Assembly (NCBI GenBank): GCA_963797095.1
Contig: CAWCNY010000006.1
Coordinates: 384,001 to 448,000, forward strand
Direction: 5' to 3'
Length of the DNA stretch: 64,000 nt
Origin: an uncultured Chloroflexia bacterium
GTDB lineage: Bacteria > Chloroflexota > Chloroflexia > QHBQ01 > JADMIH01
In this document: positions 40,365-50,283 of the stretch, one piece after another
How the letters are laid out: every line of letters begins with the position of its first letter
How positions within the stretch are numbered: the first letter of the stretch is position 1
Position numbers and translations under genes: made by a program
Notes under the pieces: generated by a model
Databases searched by the model: none
Told to the model about the DNA's origin: nothing
Seen by the model: the letters and a program-made list of their open reading frames with translations, nothing else

Positions 40365-40911
40365 GCTATTGGACGGATCAACGCGACCTCTCTAAACTGT
40401 AGAGGCCGACACTAGATCTTTCGGACTATGCGCGAGGAGCTAGTAATTATCCAACTGTTAGAGCGAAATGAGAGGCTTCTGCATGTTGGATAGAAGCCGC
40501 TTTCAATACTCCCAAATACCAGAAGAGCAAAACGTATGATGCGTAGGCAACCGCCTTCTGGATTACGCCCAAGCCGTCTCGTAGAACTGCCTCTTGCGAT
40601 TCGGTATCCGTCCATAGCGCCTCAGGTTGATGCAATTATGGCGGGCCAGACCCCTAACCTCAGCAACGTCAACCTCACCGACGCCGAGAACGCCGCCAAA
40701 GACATCGGCGGTATGTTCTGTAAATAGGGGATAAGGGCCAAGACGTACCTGCTAACTTCTCCAAGAAGCTCGGCATCCTGGTTTCTAAGCCGAACAGCTG
40801 GGTTAATCGTCAAGGCTCGCACCTTCGGCGCGGCCGGCGCTGCGCAAATGATGACGTGCGTCCCGTTCCAGTTTGAGCATAGTCTCTCCCGTCCGCGGGG
40901 AGGGTTTGGCG

Positions 40912-42084
40912 TTAGCCTGCTTCGGTGATTGCGCTGGCCACCGTTCCGAGGATGAGTATTATCCAGAAGATGGCAATCGCCAGGAATGCCCAGCCGCGAG
41001 TGCGCAGGTCGAAGGCCGCTCTCCACCCCTGAGGGTCGCTCTTGCCTCTGTCCAGGAGCGGAATCAGCAGCAGCGCGCCGAACATGAGCACCAGGGCGAT
41101 GACTGTACCCCAAATGTCGGGGTCCATGCCCAGGTTGGCTACGAATATGTTCATGCCGCGAGTCCAGCTTATCGGGAAGGTCGGCTTGAAGCCGAGCCCG
41201 CCGGGGTCGTCGCCCGAGTTGTATATGGGCGAGTCGGGCAGCAGTTGGGGAGGAGTGCCGGGGTCGCGCGTGACGAATATCGAGATGAGAAGCACCACGC
41301 CGATGGCGATCGCGCTGTAGATGAGCCAAACCCTTATATGCTCGGTGAATGGAGCTTTGCGGCCGCTCGACTTCAGCCAGAAGGGCATTGAGATGCCCTT
41401 GACCCGCACCAGGTAGTAGTGCATGAAGATCAGCAGGATCAAGAGTATCGGCACGATGGCTATATGTACCGCATAGATCTGCGCCAGCTTTTCGGTGGCC
41501 ACCGGAATCTGCAGCAGCGCGTCGGTAGTGTAGTTGAATGCATCGCTCAATCCTACGGCGCTGAGAACCTCGGAGATGTTCCAGGGGACGCCGAAGCCCA
41601 CTTCGTCCCAGTGGAGAGCCTCGCCCGTCAGAGAGATCAGGAAGGTGAAGGCAGCGAGACCCACGCCCACCGTCCATAATCCCCACTTGCCGTGCCTGAA
41701 GCCGCCGCTGATGAACACCCTCATCATATGCACAAGCACCAGGCCGAAAATGAGGAAGGCGTTCCAGTAGTGGAAGTTGATGACGATCGACCCAGGGGCC
41801 GTTGTGACGAGATCTTTGGTGATACCATAGGCTTTGTCGGCAGCGGGAGTATAGACCAGCGAAAGAATGAAGCCGGTTATTACTTCCAGCACCAGCGCTA
41901 TGGCAAGCACCCCGCCGAGCGCGTACCAGATGTTATTGGTTTCCACCGGGATAAAATAATCGCGCGCCAGTTGCACGAGAGCAAAAGGCCCTTCGGACGT
42001 TGGTTTCGTGGAGGTATCAAGCGTCGCTGTTTCTGAAGGCGCGCCAGGGGGTGACGTGATCGGCCCGTTTGCATCGGTAGACAT
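40912..42084 (-). CDS. cytochrome b/b6-type membrane protein (orphan)
   Basis: WYALGG, TGFIL..Y.P, His pairs FHYW..VHMMR and VHIA..MHYY; AAGGAGG RBS. Confidence 0.88.
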   Translation of the reverse strand: MSTDANGPITSPPGAPSETATLDTSTKPTSEGPFALVQLARDYFIPVETNNIWYALGGVLAIALVLEVITGFILSLVYTPAADKAYGITKDLVTTAPGSIVINFHYWNAFLIFGLVLVHMMRVFISGGFRHGKWGLWTVGVGLAAFTFLISLTGEALHWDEVGFGVPWNISEVLSAVGLSDAFNYTTDALLQIPVATEKLAQIYAVHIAIVPILLILLIFMHYYLVRVKGISMPFWLKSSGRKAPFTEHIRVWLIYSAIAIGVVLLISIFVTRDPGTPPQLLPDSPIYNSGDDPGGLGFKPTFPISWTRGMNIFVANLGMDPDIWGTVIALVLMFGALLLIPLLDRGKSDPQGWRAAFDLRTRGWAFLAIAIFWIILILGTVASAITEAG

Positions 42085-42188
42085 CTCTCTGCCTCCTTGG
42101 TAAGCAACCTGCAAGGCCATACGCCGGTGTTGGGGAACATCGGAATGGGTCCATGGGCAGCCAAAGAGATCATGGCCCCATTGCGCCT

Positions 42189-42217
42189 ATTATAGTGACT
42201 GAGGAGAGAGATTACAA
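42189..42217 (-). promoter_or_regulatory. sigma70-type promoter of cytochrome b gene
   Basis: TTGTAA-17 bp-TATAAT on minus strand. Confidence 0.6.
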
Positions 42218-42283
42218 TACATTTCCGCACGAGTCTCACGTACATGTGTCAAGCGCAAACCTAGAGGCGGCAAGCTCATATGT

Positions 42284-42502
42284 TGGCTACAAATATGGCT
42301 ACATCCTATGACGAAAGCCCCGATGTACTAATTATCGGGGCTGATTTCATGCCTGGATTGAGTGCCGAAGCGCAGAAATGGCTGCGGCGGGTTGTCTCAT
42401 GCCCTTTCATGCCTGCTGTGCCGCGAAAATGATACCTGGTGCCGCCACAGGACGGCAAATGTCGGGCAGGATGTGACATGGCTGTGACATGGCTGTGACA
42501 TG
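42284..42502. mobile_element. att junction 2: TGGCTACA x2, hairpin, degenerate core, arm with TGTGACATG x3
   Basis: 42362-42491 aligns with 39160-39289; TGTGACATG at 42472, 42483, 42494. Confidence 0.85.
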
Positions 42503-42516
42503 GAAGCAGGGGTCTT

Positions 42517-43434
42517 TCAGCACTCATAATAGGGCCGCACCAAATGCTTCCAAGTACTCCAATAATCACGCCTGAAATGATACGCGTAGTCTATTCTGCC
42601 AGGCTCGTCCCCCTTCGCCATCCTGCCTTGTCCTGCGGGCTTAGGGTGCTCTTCGTTCCAACCATCAATTAGCTCCCGATCCGGGGGTCTACCTACGTAT
42701 GCTCTCTTGACTGTCAGGTGCTCAGGGTCCGCAGGTGCCCATTGGCTCGCTCCCCTGGCTGCGCCTTCTTCCTCGGTGACCAGACGAAGCTGTTGCGCAA
42801 CGAATCGAAACAGAGCTGCCTTGCGGCTGCTAACGGGCGAACGATAGACATAGCTCTTGCTCTCAGACCCCATCATCGCCCTCTGCAGATTGCGGTAGGT
42901 CTGAGCGACCGATCCTGCGGATATCCAGGGTTGCACTGTGATAGTAATAGCTCCCCAGTCATGAGCCCAGCTCTGGTTCACCTCCGTGTGAGCAGTGATG
43001 GGGTGAAGTGCAGGTGGCTTGCCTGTGAGTATGAACCACAAAGTATCCGCCTTGCGCCAGCCAAAGCTGTCCGCCAAATAGTCAGCAATCCAAACCATTT
43101 CACCAAATATCGAGTTTTTTGCATAGTAAATGAGATCATGAAGATTGTCGGAGGGAATACTCATTTGAAACGCTTCCAGCATGGGTCGGCCTTCCTGCTC
43201 TGCAATGGTCGGGTCGTTGGTTAGCGACACTATATAGTCGATGGGCTCTTCATCATCATCTGTTTCAAGCAACATGACGACGTGATATTTGTGTGCTCCG
43301 GCCTCGTTCCAGTCCGGTTCCCACTCCCACTCCTCATTGCCTTCCACAAGTCCGTGCTCAGCCAAGAACCCAAGGTAAGGGACCGCACCCACGCTTTCTA
43401 ACGGCAGGAAACGCGTCACCGGAGAGCTAATCAA
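42517..43434 (-). CDS. hypothetical protein at element end, probably 5'-truncated
   Basis: 305-aa ORF; frame continues upstream to a TGA near the primase junction. Confidence 0.6.
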   Translation of the reverse strand: MISSPVTRFLPLESVGAVPYLGFLAEHGLVEGNEEWEWEPDWNEAGAHKYHVVMLLETDDDEEPIDYIVSLTNDPTIAEQEGRPMLEAFQMSIPSDNLHDLIYYAKNSIFGEMVWIADYLADSFGWRKADTLWFILTGKPPALHPITAHTEVNQSWAHDWGAITITVQPWISAGSVAQTYRNLQRAMMGSESKSYVYRSPVSSRKAALFRFVAQQLRLVTEEEGAARGASQWAPADPEHLTVKRAYVGRPPDRELIDGWNEEHPKPAGQGRMAKGDEPGRIDYAYHFRRDYWSTWKHLVRPYYEC

Positions 43435-43541
43435 GGCTCGAGCTTGCTCGGGCGCGAGCGTACCTTCGACGCTTCCAAAGAGCTGTTGTAATCACAAACG
43501 ATGACTGGCCGGGAATCGAGGAACAGCGCGCCATCGAAGAG

Positions 43542-44119
43542 GTGCTCACAGAGGCGGCACGCTTCTACAACTCGCGTCTCGGTGACGACGGACTCCGCTA
43601 CTTGCAGGGACGCGGCGTCAGCGAGGAGAGCATCCACCGCTTCGTGCTCGGCTACGCCGAAGGTCATGGTGCTCTTGCTGACCACCTGCAGGCGCAAGGT
43701 TATGCTCTAGACCTGCGCGATAGCGCAGGTGTTCTCCAACCAGATTCCGAACGATCCGAAAGCTCTGAAGGTTCTGAGGGTTTTGGAAGCTCTCAGGAGG
43801 CTCGTCCACGCGATTTCTTTCGGGACCGCTTGATCTTGCCTACCCTGAAGTGGGGTCGAGTAGTTGGCATGCAGGGACGCAAGCTCCACGACAGCATCGA
43901 GCCCAAATATCTCAATCTGCCCGGCGCAAAGGAGCACCTCTACAACGAAGACGCCCTTGTGTCCAAGCACCCCCTATTGGTCGAAGGTCCCATCGACGCC
44001 ATCATCGCTACTCAGGCCGGCTACGACGCAGCGGCTCTGCTCGGCACTCAGTTTTCGCCTGCTCAGGCGAGTAAATTCGACCGATGTGATGCCGTATATG
44101 TCGTGCTCGACCCCGACCA
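43542..44119 (+). pseudogene. DnaG-like DNA primase fragment (catalytic core/TOPRIM), truncated
   Basis: YLQGRG..F.LGYA, DFFRDRLILP, GR..PKYLN, LVEGPID, VLDPD then abrupt junction. Confidence 0.85.
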
Positions 44120-46224
44120 GATGGTTGTCAGCCACAGGGAGAGCTTGCCCATCTCCACCGCCATCGGGTTGATGTCCACTCCATGAATGCAGCGGTCGCA
44201 AACGATGCGGCGGGCCAATGCCAGGCGTTCCTCGGCGTCTCGGAGGATTGGCTGTTCTGTGGGGTCGCCGGTGGACAGGTCGCCCTCGGGAGTAATCACC
44301 AGCCTGCCCGTATTGGCCTCCTCGATGCGCTGCCAGGCTTCTACCAGCTTCTCAGGGAGGTAGCGCACCGCTTGCACCAGGAATGCGCCGCTGCCCATCG
44401 CCATGTCGCACACCTTCAGCTCAAGGATCTCCGGTGGGGTGATGAGGGTCTCGGGCGTAGGGTCCACGCCGTCAGCCATGCCGCGATAGACCAGCGGGTC
44501 GAGTGCGTGCTGCACGATCGGCTCGGTGAGGCTACGTGGGGTGTAGTGGGTGCCGGTCTCTCGGCGGTCGGCTCCCGCGGTCACGTACACACTGCCGGTC
44601 GTGATTACCACCGGATAGCCGAAGCCGTCATCGCGCACCAAGCCTGCGAACGGTCGCACCCGCTCCAGTAGGGCCTCGTCATTATCGCAAGCGGCGCGGA
44701 ACCGCCCCAGGTCGAACACAACCAACTCCTGAGCCAGACCTTTGCGTAGCGCGCTGGTCGAACGGCCCGTTTCCTTCTTGAGGAACTCCAAAAGGGTGTC
44801 TTCACCATTGGCCGCAAGTGCCTCAAGCTCGGACAATGCCACTTCCGGTTCGCTGTTCTTGGTGCCGGCCAACCCCAACACCGGCTCGCTCGCCCGTACC
44901 GCGGTGTGATCGAGCAGACCTTCGTAAACGTGGCCAATCTGCTCCACGTCGAGGGCGCGGAAGGAGAGACGCCGCGGCTCGGCGGGCCCGCCGCCCGGCA
45001 CCTTCACCTGCAGCACCTGAAAGGCTTCCAGCAGATGCAGCACGGTGCGGTTGTCGATGGGCAAGGGTTGGGCGGGAGTGTCCTCCCAGCTTGTGCCGCG
45101 AGCGCGGCCCTCAAGGAACGGGTAGGCGTCGGGGTCGAACAGGCGACCGCCGTACGCGGGAAGCGTCATGCGGTCGTGGTTGGAGCCGCCGTACACCAGG
45201 CGGAAGGTGGCGAGCAGGCGGCTCCAGGCGTCGCGGCGTCGCTCCAGCACCTCTTCTCCATATTGGTCGGCAGTCTCACGCAGCTGAGCGCGTAGGGTAG
45301 ACACTGCGTAATACTGGTCGTACAGCGGGTCTCCCAGCAGGAGCATGCCGCGCTCCTCGGCCGAGAAAAGGAACACCAAGCGCATCATCACAGTGAGCGC
45401 GCCCTCGTATAGTCGCTTCTCGCCCACGCCTTCGAGGAGGGTGCGGCCGCGGTCCTTATCGATACCGTCGAGCCTCTGCACTAGCACCTCGACTGCCCGG
45501 CGCACCTGGTAGCCCAATTGATCGGTGACTTCCTGCTGGTCGGTGGCGCTCTCGGTAAGCAGCGCTTCCAAGGTCTCGTTGCCGGCCACTCAAAAGAAGC
45601 GATGCATCCCGAGCAGGCTCTTGAACGCCCGCAGAGTGATAGGCTCCTCACCCCACAGCGAGGCATACCACGAGGCAAGGCCAGTGGTGTCACCCCGTGG
45701 TGCGCTCACCAGCATCCACTGCTCGCCATTTGTGAGGAGGCCCAGACGCACGTTGGACGCGTGCAATAGCTCGATCATGCGGGTGGCGGGCGAGGCTTTC
45801 CAGTGGCGGTCCTTCAGGGGCTTCTCCAGGCCCTGATTGGGTGGCAGTACCTGCACAAGGAGCTTCACGCTCCCGGTATCGGGGTCGCGTAGGGCCAGGT
45901 CGGGGCGCAGTGTCTCGCCGTGTTCGGCTATGTGCGCCTTCAGGCTCTCAGGTAACGCGGGTCCTTCAGCGATAGCATCAGGAAGCCACTCGAGCGCCAT
46001 CGAAAGAACGTAGCGTATCCACGCGTTGTGGATTGCTGGGTCAGGTCGCCGCGCTTCATTGTTGTCAACCACTCCTCGTACGCCAGGCGCAGATTGCGCG
46101 CAACCTTGGTGTCGACCATGTCTAGGCCTTGGGGGAAGGCGCGCATGAGCACCGGCATGCTGAGGAAGGGGCCGGAGATTTCCACAAGCGAGAGCCATTC
46201 TGCATGGTGGCGGGCAATAGACAC
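44120..46224 (-). pseudogene. drmMI: DISARM-like DNA methyltransferase (DrmMI-type), disrupted and truncated
   Basis: HHAEWLSLVEISGPFL start; QIGHVYEGLL, GTHYTP, DMAMGSGAFL, GVDINPMAVE; frameshift ~46065, TGA 45590-45592, ends before NPP motif. Confidence 0.78.
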
Positions 46225-49200
46225 TACCTGCTTCCTCCTCTCTCCATTTCGCGAGCTATCTTCTCAGGTACCAGGTAGGTCATGGCGACAGGGAATAGGC
46301 GGGGGCGCGGGTCGGCGAAGCGAGAGCGAATCGCCTCGGTCTCCTGCTCGATCTCGCCTGGTATCTGCTCGGCACGCTCGCTCAGGCTGTCGCGGTCACG
46401 CTTCCACTGCTCCTGCTCGGTCTGATTGAACAGCTCGAGCTGTATTGGCCCTTCGAGCTTGCGCAGCTCCGCGAGGATGCTCGTTCGCAACTCGGTCAGG
46501 ATAGCAGTAATGTCGCTGATCTCCTTCTCGGCGCGGTCGGCAAGCTGTTTCTGCAGGCCCGCAGTGCGCTCCCGCATCCTCACATCGAGAGCCTGGTGCA
46601 CCGCCTGCTCGTGGCTGGGCCACAGGTCAGCTAGCCTTTGCTTCAGAGAGTTGGGTATGGCCGACGTACCCGCGTCACTGTAGGTCTCGGCAGCCTGCAG
46701 CGCCCGCTGCACCTCTCCCACGCCCATGCGAGCGAACCGGCCTTCGCGCAGCACACCCCCAGCGGTGATTATCTCTTCGTGCAAGCGCTGGTTGTCGCTC
46801 CCTGTGAGCATCAACCGGGCGTGGGCGATCACCGCCGGCGTGTCGAGCGCATCGTTAGGCACTAGGAGTGCGGTCACCCGATTCAGCTTGCGAAGGTGGG
46901 TTGGGGACCACACCTCGGCACGCAGCAGGCGAAGGGCCATTTGCACTAATCTGTGATTGAGGTGGACCAGCACCACGTCGTCTCGCCCATTCGCCAGGTC
47001 GTGATCAAACACAATGGGCCGGACCTGCCGGGTGTGCGGGTGCTCAAGACCTTCAGAGCATGCGGCCCAGCTGCCCCTCAATGGCGGCATCACGAACACC
47101 GTACTATGCTTGCGTCTTCCTGAGGGGTCAGGCCAGATGCCGGCGAGCTCAGTGGGGCGGAGAGGCGGTTGGCCTGCATGCTCCAGTGCGATCTCTATCA
47201 CCGCCTGGGTGTTTTCCGGCGAAACACGCAGATCTCAACGACTTTCCTGCAACTGCTCGTGGAGGGCCTCTATCTGCTCGCGCAACTTGCGCTCGAAACG
47301 CAGCATCCGGCGTACTCCCTCTGATTCGTTCTCGGCCGAGATGGTGTCCAACTGTGTGCGCCGTCCCAGCATGGCCTCCTCGACCTGCTCGGCGATCACC
47401 GGCCCTACCTTGCCCAGATCCTCGCGTATGTTGTTCACCTTGATGGCTGCTCGCATGAGAAATTCGAGATCGCCTTCCAGTTCGCCCGGAGGCGTGCCGG
47501 CCATCAGTTGCCGCTGTTTGTAGCCTGCTCCGACGAAGTGGTAGATCCACACCACACTTCAGGTGCTCGCTGGCCGTGCCGGTCGATGCGCCCATTGCGC
47601 TGCTCAAGGCGGTTCGGGTTCCAGGGGACTCCATATGGATCAGGTGCGAGCAGTGGTTCTGCAAGTCTATGCCTTCAGATGCGGCGTCTGTGGCGAGCAG
47701 GATACGCACTGGGGAGACGAAAGGATCGGCCTGGAATGCCGCCTTGATCGCTTCCCGGCTCTCCTGGTCCATACCTCCATAGAGGGTCATGAGCCGCCCG
47801 GCCTCCGCAAGCCCTGCGGTCGCGAGCATGCTCTGTAGCCACTTCTGGGTATCGCGGTACTCGGTGAAGATGATCGCGCGCTCGTTAGTCCACTTGCCGC
47901 TCGGCTTGACGTTGTCGTGCAGCCACCGGATCATCTCCTCGGTCTTGCTGTCCGGATACTTGCGAGCCCGCTCTGCCCAGGTGCGCATCTCTGTCCGTAG
48001 CCTATCCTCTTCTACTGTTGGAGCGCGGAAAAGGCGGGTGGCGGTTTCGACTGCGTCGCTGGTGGCATCCTCTGCCAAGAAGTCGTCCCCAAACTCCTCG
48101 TCTACCTGCTCGACCTGGCGGCGCAGTATGCCCATCGTGGGGCGAGCGATCGCGGAGGGGGCACGCTTGCGGGCGTTCTGCAGAGATTGTTCGTGCTGGG
48201 CGAGGGTCTTGGCAAACGCCTCCGGAGAGGAGAACAGCCTCCTTTTGAGCAGCTTGAGCACGAAATCCGTGGCATACTTCTCGGTAGGGTCAGCGGCCGC
48301 GCGCTGGCGCAGCTTGCTGTACTGCTGGAGCAGCCGGTGAATTAGCCGCTCCTCCTCCATGTAGTTGACCTCGATAGGCTCCAATTTTCGTTCGGGAAAC
48401 CGGCGAGTACCATCCCACCTCAGGGGCATCTCCGACTTGAGCCGGCGCACCATTACAGCGCCTAGCTGCTCCCGGTCGGGCTGGACGCCGCAGGCAAAGC
48501 GCTGGCTGTCCAAGAGTTCCAGCAGAGCTGTGAAGCTCTCCGAGTAGCCGTTGTGGGGCGTCGCGGAGAGAAATAGCTTGTGCTCGAAGTGTGGCGCCAG
48601 CCTGCGTATGGCCTGAGTGCGCTGCGAATCGGTGGCGTACTTGCCCCTGCCGCTTGGCGCCACATTATGTGCTTCATCGATGATCAGTAGGTCGAACCGC
48701 CGCGGGTAGGTCGACTCGCCCTCCGCGGGCAGCACTTCGCTCATGAGGCGCATGGGCCGCTCACGCTTGAGGAAATCTATCGAGGTAATGAGCCGCGGAA
48801 AGTGGGTCCACGGGTTGACATGGAGGCCACGCTGGCGGCGCAGCTCCTTCATCAGCTCGGTATCTACGATGCGGAACTCAAGCCCGAACTTGTCGCGCAT
48901 CTGGTCCCGCCACTGTATTTGCAGTGCAGCGGGGCACACGACCAGTACCGTGCGCACGCGGTGGCGGAGAATCAGCTCCTGCACAACCAGGCCCGCTTCA
49001 ATCGTTTTGCCCAACCCGACATCGTCAGCTACAAGTAGGTTGGCTCGCGGCATCTGTATGGCACGCACGACCGGATCGAGTTGGTAGTCCTCTATCTCGA
49101 TGCCGCTGCGAAACGGCGAAAGGAGTGAGCGCACGTCGGCGCTGGAAGAAGCGCCCCAGCGCACTGCGTCGAGGAAAGCGTCGAGCCGATCGGGGTCATC

Positions 49201-49455
49201 AAAACCGTTTGGGGAAGGAAGAGCAGCCTTTTCGGAAATATGAGTGCCTGGCTCTATCTCCCAGATGACCTGAAGCTCTTCTCCCAGGGCATCATCCTCG
49301 ACGGAGGTAAGGGTGACCAGGTGCTGGGGAGCGCCGCCGGCTAATTGAAGAGGGCTAACTGGGAGCGTGCTCTTGGTAACCTCGGCAACGATATAGCGGC
49401 GCTGCCGGACATCGACCAATTGCCCTTGCTCGGGTGAGGTAATGTTGTGTACCAA
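46224..49455 (-). pseudogene. drmD: DISARM-like SNF2 helicase (DrmD-type), disrupted
   Basis: [57 protein letters not shown]; frameshifts ~47629 and ~47553, TGA 47235-47237. Confidence 0.83.
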
Positions 49456-49536
49456 GGTCCCTCCGCTCCGTAGGTCTAGCGAATAGGTAAATCGGCAGAA
49501 GAGGACTTGCCTAAAACAATGGTAGCGCTCTAGCTA

Positions 49537-49652
49537 GTGACATCCCTCGCGAAATGTGACATGAATGTGACATGGCGCGCAAAAGAGGGCTCATTAGCCC
49601 CCTTTCCGTGCGTAAAATTAGAACAAAACCGCTAAATGTGCCGAAGGTGGGA
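49537..49652. mobile_element. att junction 3 (tRNA-proximal): TGTGACATG x2, hairpin, core
   Basis: TGTGACATG at 49555 and 49566; hairpin 49582-49605; core 49637-49652. Confidence 0.85.
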
Positions 49653-49721
49653 TTCGAACCCACATGGGGCTACCCCCACCCGCTTTTGAGGCGGGCGCGT
49701 CTGCCGTTCCGCCACTTCGGC
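49639..49721 (-). tRNA. tRNA-Leu(CAA)
   Basis: Acceptor GCCGAAG/CTTCGGC-A, anticodon stem CCCGC-CTCAAAA-GCGGG, long variable arm, GGTTCGAATCC; CCA not encoded. Confidence 0.97.
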
Positions 49722-49747
49722 TCTTTCTCTACCTGCTTGTCCGGGTG

Positions 49748-50131
49748 CTAAAAGCTGATATCCACCGCCATTGGCAGCGACTCCGCTTCCCACCCTGTCG
49801 AACGAACCCTGTCCCGCCCGTAATACTTCTTCACCACCAGGCTGCGCGCCAGTTGCTCCTCCTGCGGGTCCGCTACCACCCTTCCCCGCCCCTGAAACTC
49901 CTGGCTCCCGATCCGAACATCTATCGCCGGATTGGCTATGATATTCTTCACCCAATCAGACCGCTCGCCGCCACCTGCCAGCATATAGAACGTGGGCTTA
50001 CCTATCTCAGCAGCGAACCATATCTCTATCGTATGCGCCCGCCCCGTCTTGCGCCCTATTGTCGTCAGGTAGCAGTACTGCTCGTCGGTGGGCAGATCTC
50101 GTCCGTCCAAAGCATCTTCATTATACCTCAT
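49748..50131 (-). CDS. deazaflavin (F420)-dependent nitroreductase family protein
   Basis: LTTIGRKTG, SDWVKNI.ANP. Confidence 0.85.
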   Translation of the reverse strand: MRYNEDALDGRDLPTDEQYCYLTTIGRKTGRAHTIEIWFAAEIGKPTFYMLAGGGERSDWVKNIIANPAIDVRIGSQEFQGRGRVVADPQEEQLARSLVVKKYYGRDRVRSTGWEAESLPMAVDISF

Positions 50132-50283
50132 CGAGCTTCCTCGATCAACGAACCCTCCTCATTTACATCACCCCCCTCTATAGGCCATAATAAAGACCGC
50201 AAGTGTGCTCACACTGTAGGCATATCTCGTGCTAATAACAACCCATATTCCCTTGATCACCGATCGCCCGGACACCCATCCCT

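Larger units (their letters stand above)
36130..49652. mobile_element. Decayed composite genomic island at tRNA-Leu 3' end (left boundary approximate)
   Basis: 16-bp direct repeat of tRNA 3' end (39159-39174 = 49637-49652); recombinase, IS, primase and defence remnants; loss of backbone C-skew. Confidence 0.85.

Noticed and set aside
40820-40829. Inverted 10-bp match to tRNA 3' end (CACCTTCGGC)
   Set aside because: Too short, wrong orientation, and no arm repeats or hairpin nearby.
40380-40900. Short ORFs between integrase fragment and cytochrome b
   Set aside because: No recognisable motifs or starts; probably debris.
45590-47237. In-frame TGA codons as selenocysteine or recoding
   Set aside because: The same genes carry frameshifts and a truncation, and TGA is a normal stop elsewhere in the window; simple nonsense mutations are more likely.
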